Translations under genes and position numbers: made by a program
Origin: Thioalkalivibrio sp.
Lineage (GTDB): Bacteria; Pseudomonadota; Gammaproteobacteria; Ectothiorhodospirales; Ectothiorhodospiraceae
DNA length: 64,000 nucleotides
Direction of reading: 5' to 3'
Assembly: GCF_041685615.1 (NCBI RefSeq)
Contig: NZ_JAWLFK010000001.1
Coordinates: 17,766-81,765 of the forward strand
The notes under the pieces: model-generated
The model's database searches: none
The model's input: the letters and a program-made list of their open reading frames with translations, nothing else
What the model was told of the DNA's origin: nothing
In this document: positions 27,803 to 40,550 of the stretch, piece after piece
Numbering within the stretch: the first letter of the stretch is position 1
Layout: each line of letters starts with the position of its first letter

Positions 27803-29662
27803 CTACTGCCCGTAGCGCTGCTGTTCGAACGGGACGTAGATCTCCAGCGGAACCGCGCCCAGATTGAGCCCCAGCGCGGTCTGCTCCAGGTTCTGGATGC
27901 GCCGGTCGATGAAGGCCAGGGTCTGACGTCGCATCAGGAAAGTGTACGGCTGGTCCTCCAGCAGGATGCGCTCGGCCTCGCGCCACAGGTCCATGCGCGC
28001 GGACTCGTCCACCTCGCCGCGCGCCTCCTCGATGACGGCGTCCATTTCAGGGTTCTCGTAGTGGATAAAGTTGTCGCCACCGGAGACGGTCTGGCTGGAG
28101 TGGAACATCTGGTAGATATCCACCTCGACGCCACTGGTCCACCCCAGTGTGATGGCATCGAAGTCCTGGCGGCTGAGCTTTTCGAGCATCACGGACCACT
28201 CGGTCGGCTGCGGTTTCATCTCGACGCCGGCACGGGCATACAGGTCGCGCAGGAACAGCGCGATCCGGCGGGTGTCCTCGTTGTCCTGGAAGTAGGTCAG
28301 TTCGAAGGAGAACGGCTCGCCGTCCTCGTCGACCAGTACGCCATCACGGTTGCGCTCGCGATAGCCGGCCTCGGCCAGCAGTTCCGTGGCGCGCTCGACG
28401 TCATACGGGATCGGCTCGAGATCGGGATTATGCTGCTCGCTGCGTGGGGAGAACGGCGAGATCGCCCGTTCGGCATAGCCCAGCATAACCTCCTCGATCA
28501 GCCGGTCGATATCGGTCAGGTAGCTCATCGCCTTGCGTACCCGCGGGTCGGCGAATCGCGTCGGCTCGTCATCGCGCTGCTGGTTCCAGGCGATGAAGGA
28601 ATACCCCGCCGTGGGGCTCATGTATTCGTGGGTATCCGCGCGCTCGCGCAGCGCCTCGTCGTCGCGCAGCCGGGCATATTCGCGCGGTCGTGCGCTGTAG
28701 ACATCGATGTCCTGGTTGCGGAAAGTTGTCAGACGCGCGCTGTCGTTCTGGATCACGCGCCACACCAGCCGGTCCAGCGGCGGCTCCACCGGCCCCCAGT
28801 ACCGTGGGTTGCGCTCCAGCTCGATGCGTCCGGCGTCCGGGGTCCAGCCAGACGGATCCTCCAGACGGTACGGCCCGGAGCCGAGCAGGATCCCCCGCGA
28901 CTCGTTGAAGGTCTCGGGCTCTTCCAGGTAGCGCTCGTAAAAGTGCTTCGGCAGCACGTCCAGGCCACCGGCAACTCGCATGGCATCGAAGTACGGCTCC
29001 TCGAAGGTGAACCGGACCGTGCGTTCATCCGTCGCCTCGACCGCCTCGACCTTTTCCAGGAAGGCACGCGCCCGCGGGACCGCGATGGCATCGGTCATCA
29101 GGAAATCGAAGGTGAACTCGATGTCCTCGGCCGTCAGCGGCTCACCGTCGGAGAACTGAAGCCCCGGGCGCAGCTGGAAGGTCAGTTCCGTGCCGCTATC
29201 GTCGAATTCCCAGGACTCGGCCAGCAGCCCCTGCCACTCCAGCGACTCCGGGTCGCGCACCACCAGTGACTCGAGCACGTAATTCTGCACCTCGGACGCG
29301 TAAGCGTCGGAGGAGACATACGGCGTGATCGTGTCCAGCCCCGTGCCAAAGGCCTGCACCAGCCAGTCGCCTTCGGCGTAGTCCTCCTGCTCCACCGACC
29401 GGGCCGCGCGGCGGAAGGCCGATGGCACCTCGTCGACCCGCGGGGCCTGATCTGCCTCCATGCCGGCAAAGCGCCCGGACGCGAGATCCGATTCCAGCCC
29501 CTGCAGGCTGCGCCGCAGCGCCCGCAAGTCCCGGGCCTGCTCGCTCATGGTGCTTTGCATGCCGGCCATGCGCTGCCACTGGCGGTCGATCTGGACCATC
29601 ACCAGCAACAGCAGGATGCCCAGCACGATCAGGGTCACGATCCAACCAAAATGACGACTCAC
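27803..29662 (-). CDS. Peptide ABC transporter substrate-binding protein (family 5) with N-terminal TM and coiled coil
   Basis: GTG start with GGAGG RBS; GLLAESWE, FSDGEPLTAEDIEF, GSGPY and FADPRVRKA motifs. Confidence 0.88.
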   Translation of the reverse strand: MSRHFGWIVTLIVLGILLLLVMVQIDRQWQRMAGMQSTMSEQARDLRALRRSLQGLESDLASGRFAGMEADQAPRVDEVPSAFRRAARSVEQEDYAEGDWLVQAFGTGLDTITPYVSSDAYASEVQNYVLESLVVRDPESLEWQGLLAESWEFDDSGTELTFQLRPGLQFSDGEPLTAEDIEFTFDFLMTDAIAVPRARAFLEKVEAVEATDERTVRFTFEEPYFDAMRVAGGLDVLPKHFYERYLEEPETFNESRGILLGSGPYRLEDPSGWTPDAGRIELERNPRYWGPVEPPLDRLVWRVIQNDSARLTTFRNQDIDVYSARPREYARLRDDEALRERADTHEYMSPTAGYSFIAWNQQRDDEPTRFADPRVRKAMSYLTDIDRLIEEVMLGYAERAISPFSPRSEQHNPDLEPIPYDVERATELLAEAGYRERNRDGVLVDEDGEPFSFELTYFQDNEDTRRIALFLRDLYARAGVEMKPQPTEWSVMLEKLSRQDFDAITLGWTSGVEVDIYQMFHSSQTVSGGDNFIHYENPEMDAVIEEARGEVDESARMDLWREAERILLEDQPYTFLMRRQTLAFIDRRIQNLEQTALGLNLGAVPLEIYVPFEQQRYGQ

Positions 29663-29925
29663 AGGGCCTCCGGCTTGTTGCTGTGGCGGTCCGGCCATCC
29701 CGTTGCGGGACCCCGGGCGAGCGATCACGGGGACCGCGGGTATCGGGCAGACACCGGCACTATAGCAAGCCACTTGCTCCGGCTCACCGGGTGCTGGCCG
29801 CGCTTGCGGCACATCGGTATGATCCGGAGACAGTCGCGTCCGCCCCCCGGTTCCGCCGGCGGTCGGACGCCGTCGCGACGACCCGCCCGGGTGCGTCGGC
29901 ACGGATCTGAGCCAAGGAGTTTCAA

Positions 29926-30726
29926 ATGGGTTTTCTGAAGGGCAAGCGCGCACTCATCGTCGGCGTTGCCAGTAACCGTTCCATCGCCTACGGCATTGCC
30001 GCGGCCATGCATCGCGAGGGCGCCGAGCTCGCCTTTACCTATCAGAACGAGCGCCTGCGCGATCGCGTTGAAAAGCTGGTCGCGGATTTCGATTCCGACA
30101 TCCTCGTGCCCTGCAACGTCGAAGACGACCGCGAGATCGAGCAGGTCTTCGAACACCTGGACGACTACTGGGACGGGATCGACATCCTGGTGCACTCGGT
30201 GGCCTTCGCGCCCAAGGAGCAGTTGGAGGGCGACTTCCTCGACAACATGACCCGCGACGGATTCCGCATCGCGCATGACGTCAGCTCCTACAGCCTCGCG
30301 GCTCTGGCCAAGGCCGGACGCGGCATGATGAAGGATCGCGACGCTTCCATCCTGACCCTCAGCTATCTGGGAGCCGAACGCTCCATGCCCAACTACAACG
30401 TGATGGGTCTGGCCAAGGCGAGCCTGGAGGCCAACGTGCGCTACCTCGCGTACAACCTGGGGCCGGAGGGCACCCGCGTGAACGCGATCTCCGCCGGCCC
30501 GATCCGCACCCTCGCGGCCTCCGGAATCGGCGATTTCAAGCGCATCCTGGACCACGTCGAGGCCAACGCCCCGCTGCGGCGAAACGTGACCACCGAGCAG
30601 GTTGGCAACGCCGGCGCCTTCCTCTGCTCCGATCTCGCAGCCGGGATCACCGGCGAGGTGATGTACGTGGACTCCGGCTACAACACGGTCGGCCTGGGCG
30701 CGGCCGAGATTGGTCTCGACAAGTAG
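29926..30726 (+). CDS. fabI: Enoyl-ACP reductase
   Basis: [25 protein letters not shown] and [16 protein letters not shown] motifs. Confidence 0.98.
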   Translation: MGFLKGKRALIVGVASNRSIAYGIAAAMHREGAELAFTYQNERLRDRVEKLVADFDSDILVPCNVEDDREIEQVFEHLDDYWDGIDILVHSVAFAPKEQLEGDFLDNMTRDGFRIAHDVSSYSLAALAKAGRGMMKDRDASILTLSYLGAERSMPNYNVMGLAKASLEANVRYLAYNLGPEGTRVNAISAGPIRTLAASGIGDFKRILDHVEANAPLRRNVTTEQVGNAGAFLCSDLAAGITGEVMYVDSGYNTVGLGAAEIGLDK

Positions 30727-30770
30727 CTCGCCCGCTTCCAGCCTTCATGTCGCCTCTTCAGGCGGCAGGA

Positions 30771-30813
30771 ATGGAAAAGCCCGGCCCGCGTGAGCGAAGC
30801 CGGGCTTTTCCAT
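30771..30813. terminator. Bidirectional terminator between convergent fabI and ppiD
   Basis: atggaaaagcccggc...gccgggcttttccat perfect 15-bp stem. Confidence 0.85.
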
Positions 30814-30886
30814 GTCTGCGGGCCGCAACCCTGCCTCGGCCAGTCAAGCCCGTTCTGTATCACGGACGACCCGGCAAGGGCGTTCA

Positions 30887-31000
30887 ACCACCGGGTGCAC
30901 CGAGGAAGCGGAGGATCTGCACGGCTTCATAGCCGGCGGGATCCGGTGAGACCCGCCCCGTGCGGGCAAACGCGATCGACTTTCTCCGTGTCCGTCGTGG
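30887..31000. repeat. Degenerate periodic inverted-repeat element
   Basis: Left accaccggg/tgcaccgag/gaagcggag (9-bp period). Right ttctccgtgtcc at 30982-30993 is identical to 33295-33306. Confidence 0.55.
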
Positions 31001-31037
31001 CGGAACGTCCTATGACCTCCCGGCACGCCGATTCAGG

Positions 31038-32927
31038 CTAGTCGAGCGCCTCCGGGAAGCGCTCAATGTCCGCCTGCTCTTCCAGCCAGGCCAGATAGGC
31101 ACGGAACTCCGCACTCCCGTAGGCATTGCCGAGCTGATCACGCGCTTCCTGGCGCGCCGCCGCATCGACCTCGTCCTCGTCCATGCGCACCTCTTCCAGC
31201 ACGGTCACCGCGAAATCACCGCCCCCGATCCGGGCACCGGCGATCTCCACCGCGCCCTCGCCCGGGGCCGGCAGACGGAACAGGTGATCCTGCAACCCGG
31301 TAGGCAGCTCGGCCGCCCGGTCGCGCGTGACCTCGACCGAGCGGTTCCAATCGGCGTCCCCCTCGACCTCCGCCGTCCAGTCATCGGCGTCGTGCAGGCG
31401 CTCGATCAACGCCTCGCCCTCTTCTCGCGCGGCATCGGCGGCCGCCTGGCGCTGCAGACCATCACGGATTTCGTCCTCCACCTCGGCCAGAGGACGCACC
31501 TCCGACGGCTCGTGTTCGTCGATGCGCAGCACCACGGTCGAACCATCCTCCAGATCAATCGCCTCGCTGTTGTTGCCGTCCTCCAGCACCCGCGGATCAA
31601 ACGCCGCCTCGCGAATCGATCGGTGATTCGCAATGCCCTCACCGGAATCGCGAGAGAACCAGTCACTCGTCTGGATTTCCAGGCCCGTCGCATCGGCCGC
31701 CGGTTCCAGGCTGTCCGGGAATTCGATCGCCAGCGCCATCAAATCGTCCAGGGCGTCAATCTGCATCTGTTCGGCGGTACGGTCGCGCAGATCCTGCTCG
31801 ACCTCGTCGCGAACCTCCTCCAACGGCTGCGGCTGCACTTCCTGGATATCGGTGACCTCGAGGACGAACCACCCGCGCTCGGTTCGCACCGGCTGGCTGA
31901 TCAGATCCTCCGGCAGGGTGAAGATCACCGTCTCCAGGGTGGAATCCAGATCACCGCGCGCAATCTCCCCAAGGCGGCCACCTCGATCGGCTGTCAGGCT
32001 GTCCTCCGAGTATTCCTCGGCCAGCTCGGCGAAGTCCTCGCCGTCCTCCAGACGCTCACGTATCTCGCGGATGCGGGCCTCACCGTCCTCGCCCGTGTCC
32101 TGAATACGGATCTGGCGCACCTCGCGCAGCTCCGGCTCCTCGTAGCGGCTGCGATTCATCCGATAGTGCTCCCGCACCTCATCCTCGCTCACCTCGACCC
32201 CGGCCTCCAGGCCTTCCGGATCCAGACGCAGATAGTTCACGCGTACACGTTCGGTCGTGGTGAACTCGTCCGGATTGGCCTCGTAGTATTCCTGGATGGC
32301 GTCATCGTCGACCACGTCGGGGCGGTCGAAGTCGTCCGCGGAGAAGATGGTCCAGCTCGCGACCCGAGTCTGATTGCGCAGGCGGCTGAAGTCCTCGATC
32401 AGGGCCTCCGGCACCACGCCGGTGGCCTGAAGACCACGCTGGATCTGCGACATGACGATGCTGCGGGCGATGTCCTGCTCGAAATCCGCCGGACTGATCC
32501 GCTGGGCATTCAGCAACTGACTGTAGCGTTCGCGGCTGAAGCGATCCTCCTCCTGAAACACCGGCATCGCGCGGATCTCGCGCAGCACACTGTCTCCCGC
32601 GGCCTTGAACCCGGCGGAATCGGCGGCCTGGCGCAGCAGTTCCTGCCGAATCAGCGTCTCCAGGGCCTGTAGCCGGATACCCTGCTCGTCGAGGAGGTCA
32701 TCGGGAATCTCGCCGCCGAACATCTGCGCCATCTGGTCGCGCTGGGTGCGCGCCTCCTGATGCACGTCGCGAACCGCGATATCCGTGCCGTTCACCTCGG
32801 CCGCCACCTGCGGGCCGGCCCCGCCGAAATATTCCCCGAGCCCCCACAGGGCAAAGGGAATGGTGATCAGGCCGATGATCACATAGGCGAGCCAGCCGCT
32901 CGCCCGATCACGAATCGCTTGCAACAT
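31038..32927 (-). CDS. ppiD: Periplasmic chaperone/PPIase PpiD
   Basis: N-terminal TM (MLQAIRD...FALWG), SurA-like domain and parvulin domain (FAELAEEYSED...GGRLG); lies downstream of hupB. Confidence 0.93.
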   Translation of the reverse strand: MLQAIRDRASGWLAYVIIGLITIPFALWGLGEYFGGAGPQVAAEVNGTDIAVRDVHQEARTQRDQMAQMFGGEIPDDLLDEQGIRLQALETLIRQELLRQAADSAGFKAAGDSVLREIRAMPVFQEEDRFSRERYSQLLNAQRISPADFEQDIARSIVMSQIQRGLQATGVVPEALIEDFSRLRNQTRVASWTIFSADDFDRPDVVDDDAIQEYYEANPDEFTTTERVRVNYLRLDPEGLEAGVEVSEDEVREHYRMNRSRYEEPELREVRQIRIQDTGEDGEARIREIRERLEDGEDFAELAEEYSEDSLTADRGGRLGEIARGDLDSTLETVIFTLPEDLISQPVRTERGWFVLEVTDIQEVQPQPLEEVRDEVEQDLRDRTAEQMQIDALDDLMALAIEFPDSLEPAADATGLEIQTSDWFSRDSGEGIANHRSIREAAFDPRVLEDGNNSEAIDLEDGSTVVLRIDEHEPSEVRPLAEVEDEIRDGLQRQAAADAAREEGEALIERLHDADDWTAEVEGDADWNRSVEVTRDRAAELPTGLQDHLFRLPAPGEGAVEIAGARIGGGDFAVTVLEEVRMDEDEVDAAARQEARDQLGNAYGSAEFRAYLAWLEEQADIERFPEALD

Positions 32928-33020
32928 GATGGTCTCTGCTCGTTCCGCCGTGGAGAGGGAATCGGGAATCAGCCGCTGATGGTAGCAGGCACGCCGGCGC
33001 GCGTCTGCGCTTGAGGGCCG

Positions 33021-33037
33021 ACCACGAAGGCACGAAG
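33021..33037 (+). repeat. Lone periodic arm accacgaaggcacgaag
   Basis: Two cacgaag units 8 bp apart, matching the arm type at 51720. Confidence 0.55.
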
Positions 33038-33060
33038 AAGGTCAGCACGATCAAGCGTTA

Positions 33061-33318
33061 TTGCACCACAGAGGACACGGAGGGCACGGAGAAAGACAAT
33101 ACCGAACCACGTGAAGGCCAGAGAATCGCGTCTTTGGAAGGGATCGAAGTTGCGCCGAGGGCCCAGCCACGCGTTAGCGCGGTCCGCGCCAGAATCATGG
33201 CATGGGCCCCGTCGATTCGACTGCGAGGGAGAACGCGCCCCGATTCGATTCCCGGGGCTAAGCGCCCTGCCCGCCCGAACCAAATTCCTTTCCCTTCTCC
33301 GTGTCCTCTGTGGTGCAA
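33061..33318. repeat. Element with perfect 22-bp terminal inverted repeats (MITE/REP-like)
   Basis: ttgcaccacagaggacacggag (33061-33082) and ctccgtgtcctctgtggtgcaa (33297-33318). Confidence 0.85.
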
Positions 33319-33362
33319 ACGCCCTTGACCTTCTTCCGCCCTGCATCGCAATAGCCAAAAAA

Positions 33363-33390
33363 GAAAAAGGCGCCACAAGGGCGCCTTTCT
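33363..33390 (-). terminator. Terminator after tRNA-Asp
   Basis: gaaaaaggcgcc-acaa-gggcgcctttc hairpin with a T-run on the minus strand. Confidence 0.75.
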
Positions 33391-33396
33391 CGGAGT

Positions 33397-33473
33397 TGGC
33401 GGAGCGGACGGGACTCGAACCCGCGACCCCCGGCGTGACAGGCCGGTATTCTAACCAGCTGAACTACCGCTCC
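33397..33473 (-). tRNA. tRNA-Asp(GTC)
   Basis: GGAGCGGTAGTTCAGCTGGTTAGAATACCGGCCTGTCACGCCGG...GGTTCGAGTCCCGTCCGCTCCGCCA, 77 nt. Confidence 0.97.
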
Positions 33474-33509
33474 GTATTGATGCAGTGCAACCAGAGTCGG
33501 GGTTGCACT

Positions 33510-33585
33510 TGGTGGGTGCTGACGGGTTCGAACCGCCGACATTCGCCTTGTAAGGGCGACGCTCTACCAACTGAGCTAAGCACCC
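33510..33585 (-). tRNA. tRNA-Val(TAC)
   Basis: GGGTGCTTAGCTCAGTTGGTAGAGCGTCGCCCTTACAAGGCG...GGTTCGAACCCGTCAGCACCCACCA, 76 nt. Confidence 0.97.
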
Positions 33586-33596
33586 GATAAAGCGCG

Positions 33597-33869
33597 CTAG
33601 TTTACTCGATCCTTCAGCGCTTTGCCAGCCTTGAACGAAGGCGTTTTCGAAGCGGCGATCTGGATGGTCTGACCGGTACGCGGGTTGCGGCCGGTGCGGG
33701 CTTCACGCTCGCGCACCAGGAAGGTGCCGAAGCCGACCAGGGAGACCTGGTCACCCTTGGCGAGCGTGTCGCCGACAACACTTACCATGGCATCCACGAT
33801 CCGGCCGGCCTGGGCCTTGGGGACATCGGCTTCCGCCGCGATCGCGTCGATCAGTTCGGATTTATTCAT
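33597..33869 (-). CDS. hupB: DNA-binding protein HU
   Basis: [11 protein letters not shown]...VSLVGFGTF...GRNPRTG...[11 protein letters not shown]; downstream of lon. Confidence 0.97.
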   Translation of the reverse strand: MNKSELIDAIAAEADVPKAQAGRIVDAMVSVVGDTLAKGDQVSLVGFGTFLVREREARTGRNPRTGQTIQIAASKTPSFKAGKALKDRVN

Positions 33870-34071
33870 GAAGCGCTTCCTTATCTCAGTGGTGACTCAG
33901 GCTTTCTGCCGGACGGGATCTAGCTTACACCAGCCGGGGACCTTTTCTCCATGGCCCCGCGACTGCCCTCGGCACGAAATCAGATGATGCGGATGGGGTT
34001 ATAGCAAGCCCCCCGAAAACGAGTCAAACGTCCGGCGTGCCCGGGCTTCGGGCGAACGTGAACCGACACAC

Positions 34072-34112
34072 AAAAAAAACGCGGACACCGATCAATCCGG
34101 TGTCCGCGTTTT
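34072..34112 (-). terminator. Terminator after lon
   Basis: aaaacgcggacaccg...cggtgtccgcgtttt stem with a poly-T tail on the minus strand. Confidence 0.85.
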
Positions 34113-34130
34113 GGTACCGATTACAAAGGC

Positions 34131-36596
<2,466 letters not shown>

Positions 36597-36678
36597 GTTG
36601 CCCCCTCAGGGCTGGACGAATGTACAGGAGGAAGTGGGGGCGGCGGCGCCCATTTCAAGGGCGACGCAACACTTCCGC

Positions 36679-37959
36679 TCAGGAATCCGCGGCAGCCTGT
36701 TTCTTGGCAAACGAGTCGTTCTCGTAGACCAGGTACGGCTCGGCATCGCCGCGGATCACCGCCTCGTCGATCACCACCTTGCTGACCCCTTCCATGGACG
36801 GCAGTTCGTACATGGTGTCGAGCAGGATATTCTCCATGATCGTGCGCAGGCCGCGCGCACCGGTTTTGCGCTCCATCGCCTTGTGCGCAATCGCGGACAG
36901 AGCGTCGTCGCGGAACTCCAGCTCCACGCCTTCCATCTCGAACAGGCGGGCATATTGCTTGACCAGGGCATTCTTCGGCTGCGTCAGGATGGTGATCAGC
37001 GCGTCCTCGTCCAGCTCGTCCAGCGTGGCCTGCACCGGCAGGCGTCCGACGAACTCGGGGATCAGGCCGTAGCGCACCAGGTCGTCGGCCTCCAACTGCT
37101 TGAGCCACTGGCCGCCGGACTTGGCCGCCTCGGTGGTGCGCAGCTCGGCACCAAAGCCGATACCGCCCTTCTCGGCTCGCTGCTGGATGACCTTCTCCAG
37201 CCCGGAGAAGGCCCCGCCACAGATGAACAGAATATTGCTGGTGTCCACCTGCAGGAATTCCTGCTGCGGGTGCTTGCGCCCGCCCTGCGGCGGCACCGAG
37301 GCGGTGGTACCCTCGATGAGCTTCAAGAGCGCCTGCTGCACGCCCTCGCCCGAGACGTCACGGGTGATGGAAGGGTTGTCCGACTTGCGCGAGACCTTGT
37401 CGATCTCGTCGATGTAGACGATGCCGTTCTCGGCCTTTTCCACATCGTAGTCGCACTTCTGCAGCAGCTTCTGGATGATGTTCTCGACATCCTCGCCCAC
37501 GTAGCCGGCCTCGGTCAGCGTGGTCGCATCGGCAATGGTGAACGGGACGTTCAGCACCCGCGCCAGGGTCTCGGCCAGCAGGGTCTTGCCGGAACCGGTG
37601 GGGCCGATCAGCATGATGTTCGACTTGGACAGCTCGACATCGTCCTTGCCGGCCCTGGCCTGCAGGCGCTTGTAGTGGTTGTACACCGCGACCGAAAGGA
37701 TCTTCTTGGCGGAGTTCTGGCCGATCACGTAGTCGTCGAGGATCGCGCGGATCTCGTGCGGGGTCGGCAGGGAGTCGCGCTCGGTGTGGCCGGCCTCCTG
37801 CATCTCCTCGCGGATAATGTCGTTGCACAGTTCGACGCACTCGTCGCAGATGAATACGGATGGCCCGGCGATCAGCTTGCGCACCTCGTGCTGGCTCTTC
37901 CCGCAGAAAGAACAGTACAGGAGCTTGCCGTCGGCGGAGGGGGTGGTTTCGTCGCTCAT
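36679..37959 (-). CDS. clpX: ClpX ATPase
   Basis: CSFCGK zinc finger, [19 protein letters not shown] loop and GARGLR motifs. Confidence 0.98.
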   Translation of the reverse strand: MSDETTPSADGKLLYCSFCGKSQHEVRKLIAGPSVFICDECVELCNDIIREEMQEAGHTERDSLPTPHEIRAILDDYVIGQNSAKKILSVAVYNHYKRLQARAGKDDVELSKSNIMLIGPTGSGKTLLAETLARVLNVPFTIADATTLTEAGYVGEDVENIIQKLLQKCDYDVEKAENGIVYIDEIDKVSRKSDNPSITRDVSGEGVQQALLKLIEGTTASVPPQGGRKHPQQEFLQVDTSNILFICGGAFSGLEKVIQQRAEKGGIGFGAELRTTEAAKSGGQWLKQLEADDLVRYGLIPEFVGRLPVQATLDELDEDALITILTQPKNALVKQYARLFEMEGVELEFRDDALSAIAHKAMERKTGARGLRTIMENILLDTMYELPSMEGVSKVVIDEAVIRGDAEPYLVYENDSFAKKQAAADS

Positions 37960-38052
37960 CCGTTTGCCTCGGTTGCGATTTCAGTGTCCTTCAAAACATG
38001 CCCCGTTTGCCTGCGAGTTGCAAACGAGCCAAGCGGAAGTCCGGTATTGAGG

Positions 38053-38083
38053 CCCCGTCCCGGAGCGGGGCCCCGGGACGGGG
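38053..38083. other. GC-rich hairpin between clpP and clpX
   Basis: ccccgtcccgg...ccgggacgggg inverted repeat without a T-tail. Confidence 0.5.
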
Positions 38084-38100
38084 TTGCGAACGGCGCGGAC

Positions 38101-38742
38101 TCAGTCGTCCGCGGAGTTGCGATGGGTCAGGACGTGGTCGACCAGACCGTATTCCTTCGCATCGGTCGCCGTCATGAAGCGGTCGCGATCGGTGTCCTGC
38201 TCGATCTTCTCGATCGGCTGGCCCGTGTGGTGCGCCAGCACGCGGTTGAGCTCGTCACGGATCTTCAGGATCTCGCGGGCGTGGATGTCGATATCCGAGG
38301 CCTGGCCCTGGAAGCCACCCAGCGGCTGGTGGATCATCACCCGTGAATGCGGCAGCGTGTGGCGTTTGCCGGGGGCCCCGCCCGCCAGCAGGACGGCACC
38401 CATGCTGGCCGCCTGGCCCACACACAGCGTGCTGACCTCGGGCTTGATGAACTGCATGGTGTCGTAGACCGCCATGCCAGCGGTCACCGCGCCACCCGGG
38501 GAGTTGATATACAGGCTGATTTCCTTGTCGGGGTTCTCCGATTCGAGGAACAGCAACTGGGCCACGATGACGTTGGCCATGTAGTCCTCGACCGGACCCA
38601 CACAGAAGATGACCCGGTCCTTCAGCAGGCGGGAGTAGATGTCGTAGGCGCGTTCACCGCGGGCGGTCTGTTCGACCACCATCGGGACCAGATTCAGTCC
38701 CTGGGCATGCTGCGCGCCCTGGTCGGCCATGTCGTGGCTCAT
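38101..38742 (-). CDS. clpP: ClpP protease
   Basis: [26 protein letters not shown] and MIHQP motifs. Confidence 0.98.
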   Translation of the reverse strand: MSHDMADQGAQHAQGLNLVPMVVEQTARGERAYDIYSRLLKDRVIFCVGPVEDYMANVIVAQLLFLESENPDKEISLYINSPGGAVTAGMAVYDTMQFIKPEVSTLCVGQAASMGAVLLAGGAPGKRHTLPHSRVMIHQPLGGFQGQASDIDIHAREILKIRDELNRVLAHHTGQPIEKIEQDTDRDRFMTATDAKEYGLVDHVLTHRNSADD

Positions 38743-40046
38743 TCAGTCGACTCCTTGTTCGGATTCATCACGTCCTGGAAGCTGGTTTCCTTCTCGGTGA
38801 CCTTGCCCTGCTCGACCACCCAGTCGACCACCTGATCTTCCAGCACCAGTGACTCCAGGTTGCTCTTGGCCTGGGGATTGGAGCGGTAGTACTGCTTCAC
38901 CTCTTCCGGGTCCTCGTAGGTCGCGGCCATCTCCTCGAGATCCCGTTCGACCCGCTCGGCGTCCACCTCGAAACCCTTCTGGTCGATGATGGCACGCAGC
39001 GCCAGGCCCAGACGGACGCGGCGTTTTGCCTCGTCCTCGAACAGGCTGTCCGGCAGCGGCTGGGTCTGTTCAGCCCCGCCGAACCGCTTCTCGGCCTCCT
39101 CGCGAAGACGGTTGATCTCCGACTTCACCAGGGCATCCGGCAGGTCGAAGTCGTGCTTGTCGACCACGGCCTCCAGTACCTGCTGTTTGACCCGACCCTT
39201 CAGGGCTTGGCGCAGCTCCCTTTCCATGTTGGACCGAACATCGGCGCGAAGTTTCTCCACCGAACCATCCTCGATGCCGAATTTCTTCGCGAATTCCTCG
39301 TCGACCTCCGGCAGCTTGGGTCCCTCGACCTTCTTGATCGTCAGCGCGAACTGCGCCGTCTGGCCCTTCAGGTTCTCGGCCGGGTAGTCATCGGGGAAGG
39401 TGACGTCGATGGTTGGCTCCTCGCCGGTCTTCACGCCCTTGAGCTGCTTCTCAAAGTCCTCGATCAACCGCCCGGCGCCGACTTCGACCTGGAAGTCCTC
39501 GGCCTTGCCGCCCTCGAACTCCTCGCCGTTCAGGCTGCCGACAAAATCCAGGGTCACGCGATCACCCTTCTTAGCCTTGCGCTTGACCTCGGCCCATTCC
39601 TTGTTCTGCTCGCGCAGGGAGTCGATCACCCGGTCGATGTCCTCGTCCGCGACCTCGGCCTTCGGTCGCTCGATTTCGACGTCGGAGAAATCAGCCACCT
39701 CGATTTCCGGGAAGACCTGGAAGCTAGCGGTGAACTCGATAGCATCGCCACCCTCGAGGTTGGTCGGCTCGATGCTCGGATTACCGGCCGGCTCTAGGCC
39801 CTCCTGCTGCACCGCCTCGCGGTAGCTTTCCTGCAGCACCTCGCTCAGCACTTCCTGATACACCCCGGAGCCATAACGCTGGCGGACCACCTTCAACGGG
39901 ACCTTGCCCGGGCGGAAGCCGTCCAGCTTGACCCTCTTGGCCAGGGACTTCAGGCGGTTGTCGACTTCGGCGTCGACCCGCTCGGAGGGGACCTGGATGG
40001 TCATCTTGCGTTCCAGGTTGCCGGTGGCTTCAACAGAAACTTGCAT
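38739..40046 (-). CDS. tig: Trigger factor
   Basis: MQVSVE start at 40046; GFRPGKVP ribosome-binding loop; FKBP domain. Confidence 0.97.
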   Translation of the reverse strand: MQVSVEATGNLERKMTIQVPSERVDAEVDNRLKSLAKRVKLDGFRPGKVPLKVVRQRYGSGVYQEVLSEVLQESYREAVQQEGLEPAGNPSIEPTNLEGGDAIEFTASFQVFPEIEVADFSDVEIERPKAEVADEDIDRVIDSLREQNKEWAEVKRKAKKGDRVTLDFVGSLNGEEFEGGKAEDFQVEVGAGRLIEDFEKQLKGVKTGEEPTIDVTFPDDYPAENLKGQTAQFALTIKKVEGPKLPEVDEEFAKKFGIEDGSVEKLRADVRSNMERELRQALKGRVKQQVLEAVVDKHDFDLPDALVKSEINRLREEAEKRFGGAEQTQPLPDSLFEDEAKRRVRLGLALRAIIDQKGFEVDAERVERDLEEMAATYEDPEEVKQYYRSNPQAKSNLESLVLEDQVVDWVVEQGKVTEKETSFQDVMNPNKESTE

Positions 40047-40128
40047 GGAGGGCCTCGTAATAGTTCGGATATCGGTCATCCCTGCCGATCGCAGCGGTAA
40101 CCTTCATGGCTTTTCGAAATGCGGACAG

Positions 40129-40215
40129 TGGTGCGAAAGGAGAGACTCGAACTCTCACGGGTTTTACCCCACTGGGACCTAAACCCAGCGCGTCTACCAG
40201 TTCCGCCACTTTCGC
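40129..40215 (-). tRNA. tRNA-Leu(TAG)
   Basis: GCGAAAGTGGCGGAACTGGTAGACGCGCTGGGTTTAGGTCCCAG...CTTTCGCACCA, 87 nt with a long variable arm. Confidence 0.96.
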
Positions 40216-40335
40216 GATCTTGCAGATAACTCTTGTTGCGTTCGCTCAGCCGCGCATTCTAGCGTGTTCCCCGCCGCCAAACACAAAAGGCCCGCATGAA
40301 CGGGCCCATGTGCCGGCGCGGGGACCGGAGAATAA

Positions 40336-40411
40336 TGGTGGGTCGTGTAGGATTCGAACCTACGACCAATTGGTTAAAAGCCAACTGCTCTACCAACTGA
40401 GCTAACGACCC
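40336..40411 (-). tRNA. tRNA-Lys(TTT)
   Basis: GGGTCGTTAGCTCAGTTGGTAGAGCAGTTGGCTTTTAACCAA...CGACCCACCA, 76 nt. Confidence 0.97.
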
Positions 40412-40550
40412 TTTTCGGTATGGCCCGGGGCGAACACCTGGATCGCCCTGACCGTTGCAAAGTCGAAGGCCCGGGATCACCGGGCCTCCAGTGCCGCGTA
40501 GTTTACGGCGCGACGGGGAAAACGCAAGACGCGTCCCTGCCGCTACGCCA

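Noticed and set aside
33021-33318. CRISPR array interpretation of the periodic repeats
   Set aside because: Units are 8-9 bp, arranged as inverted arms, with no unique spacers and no cas genes.
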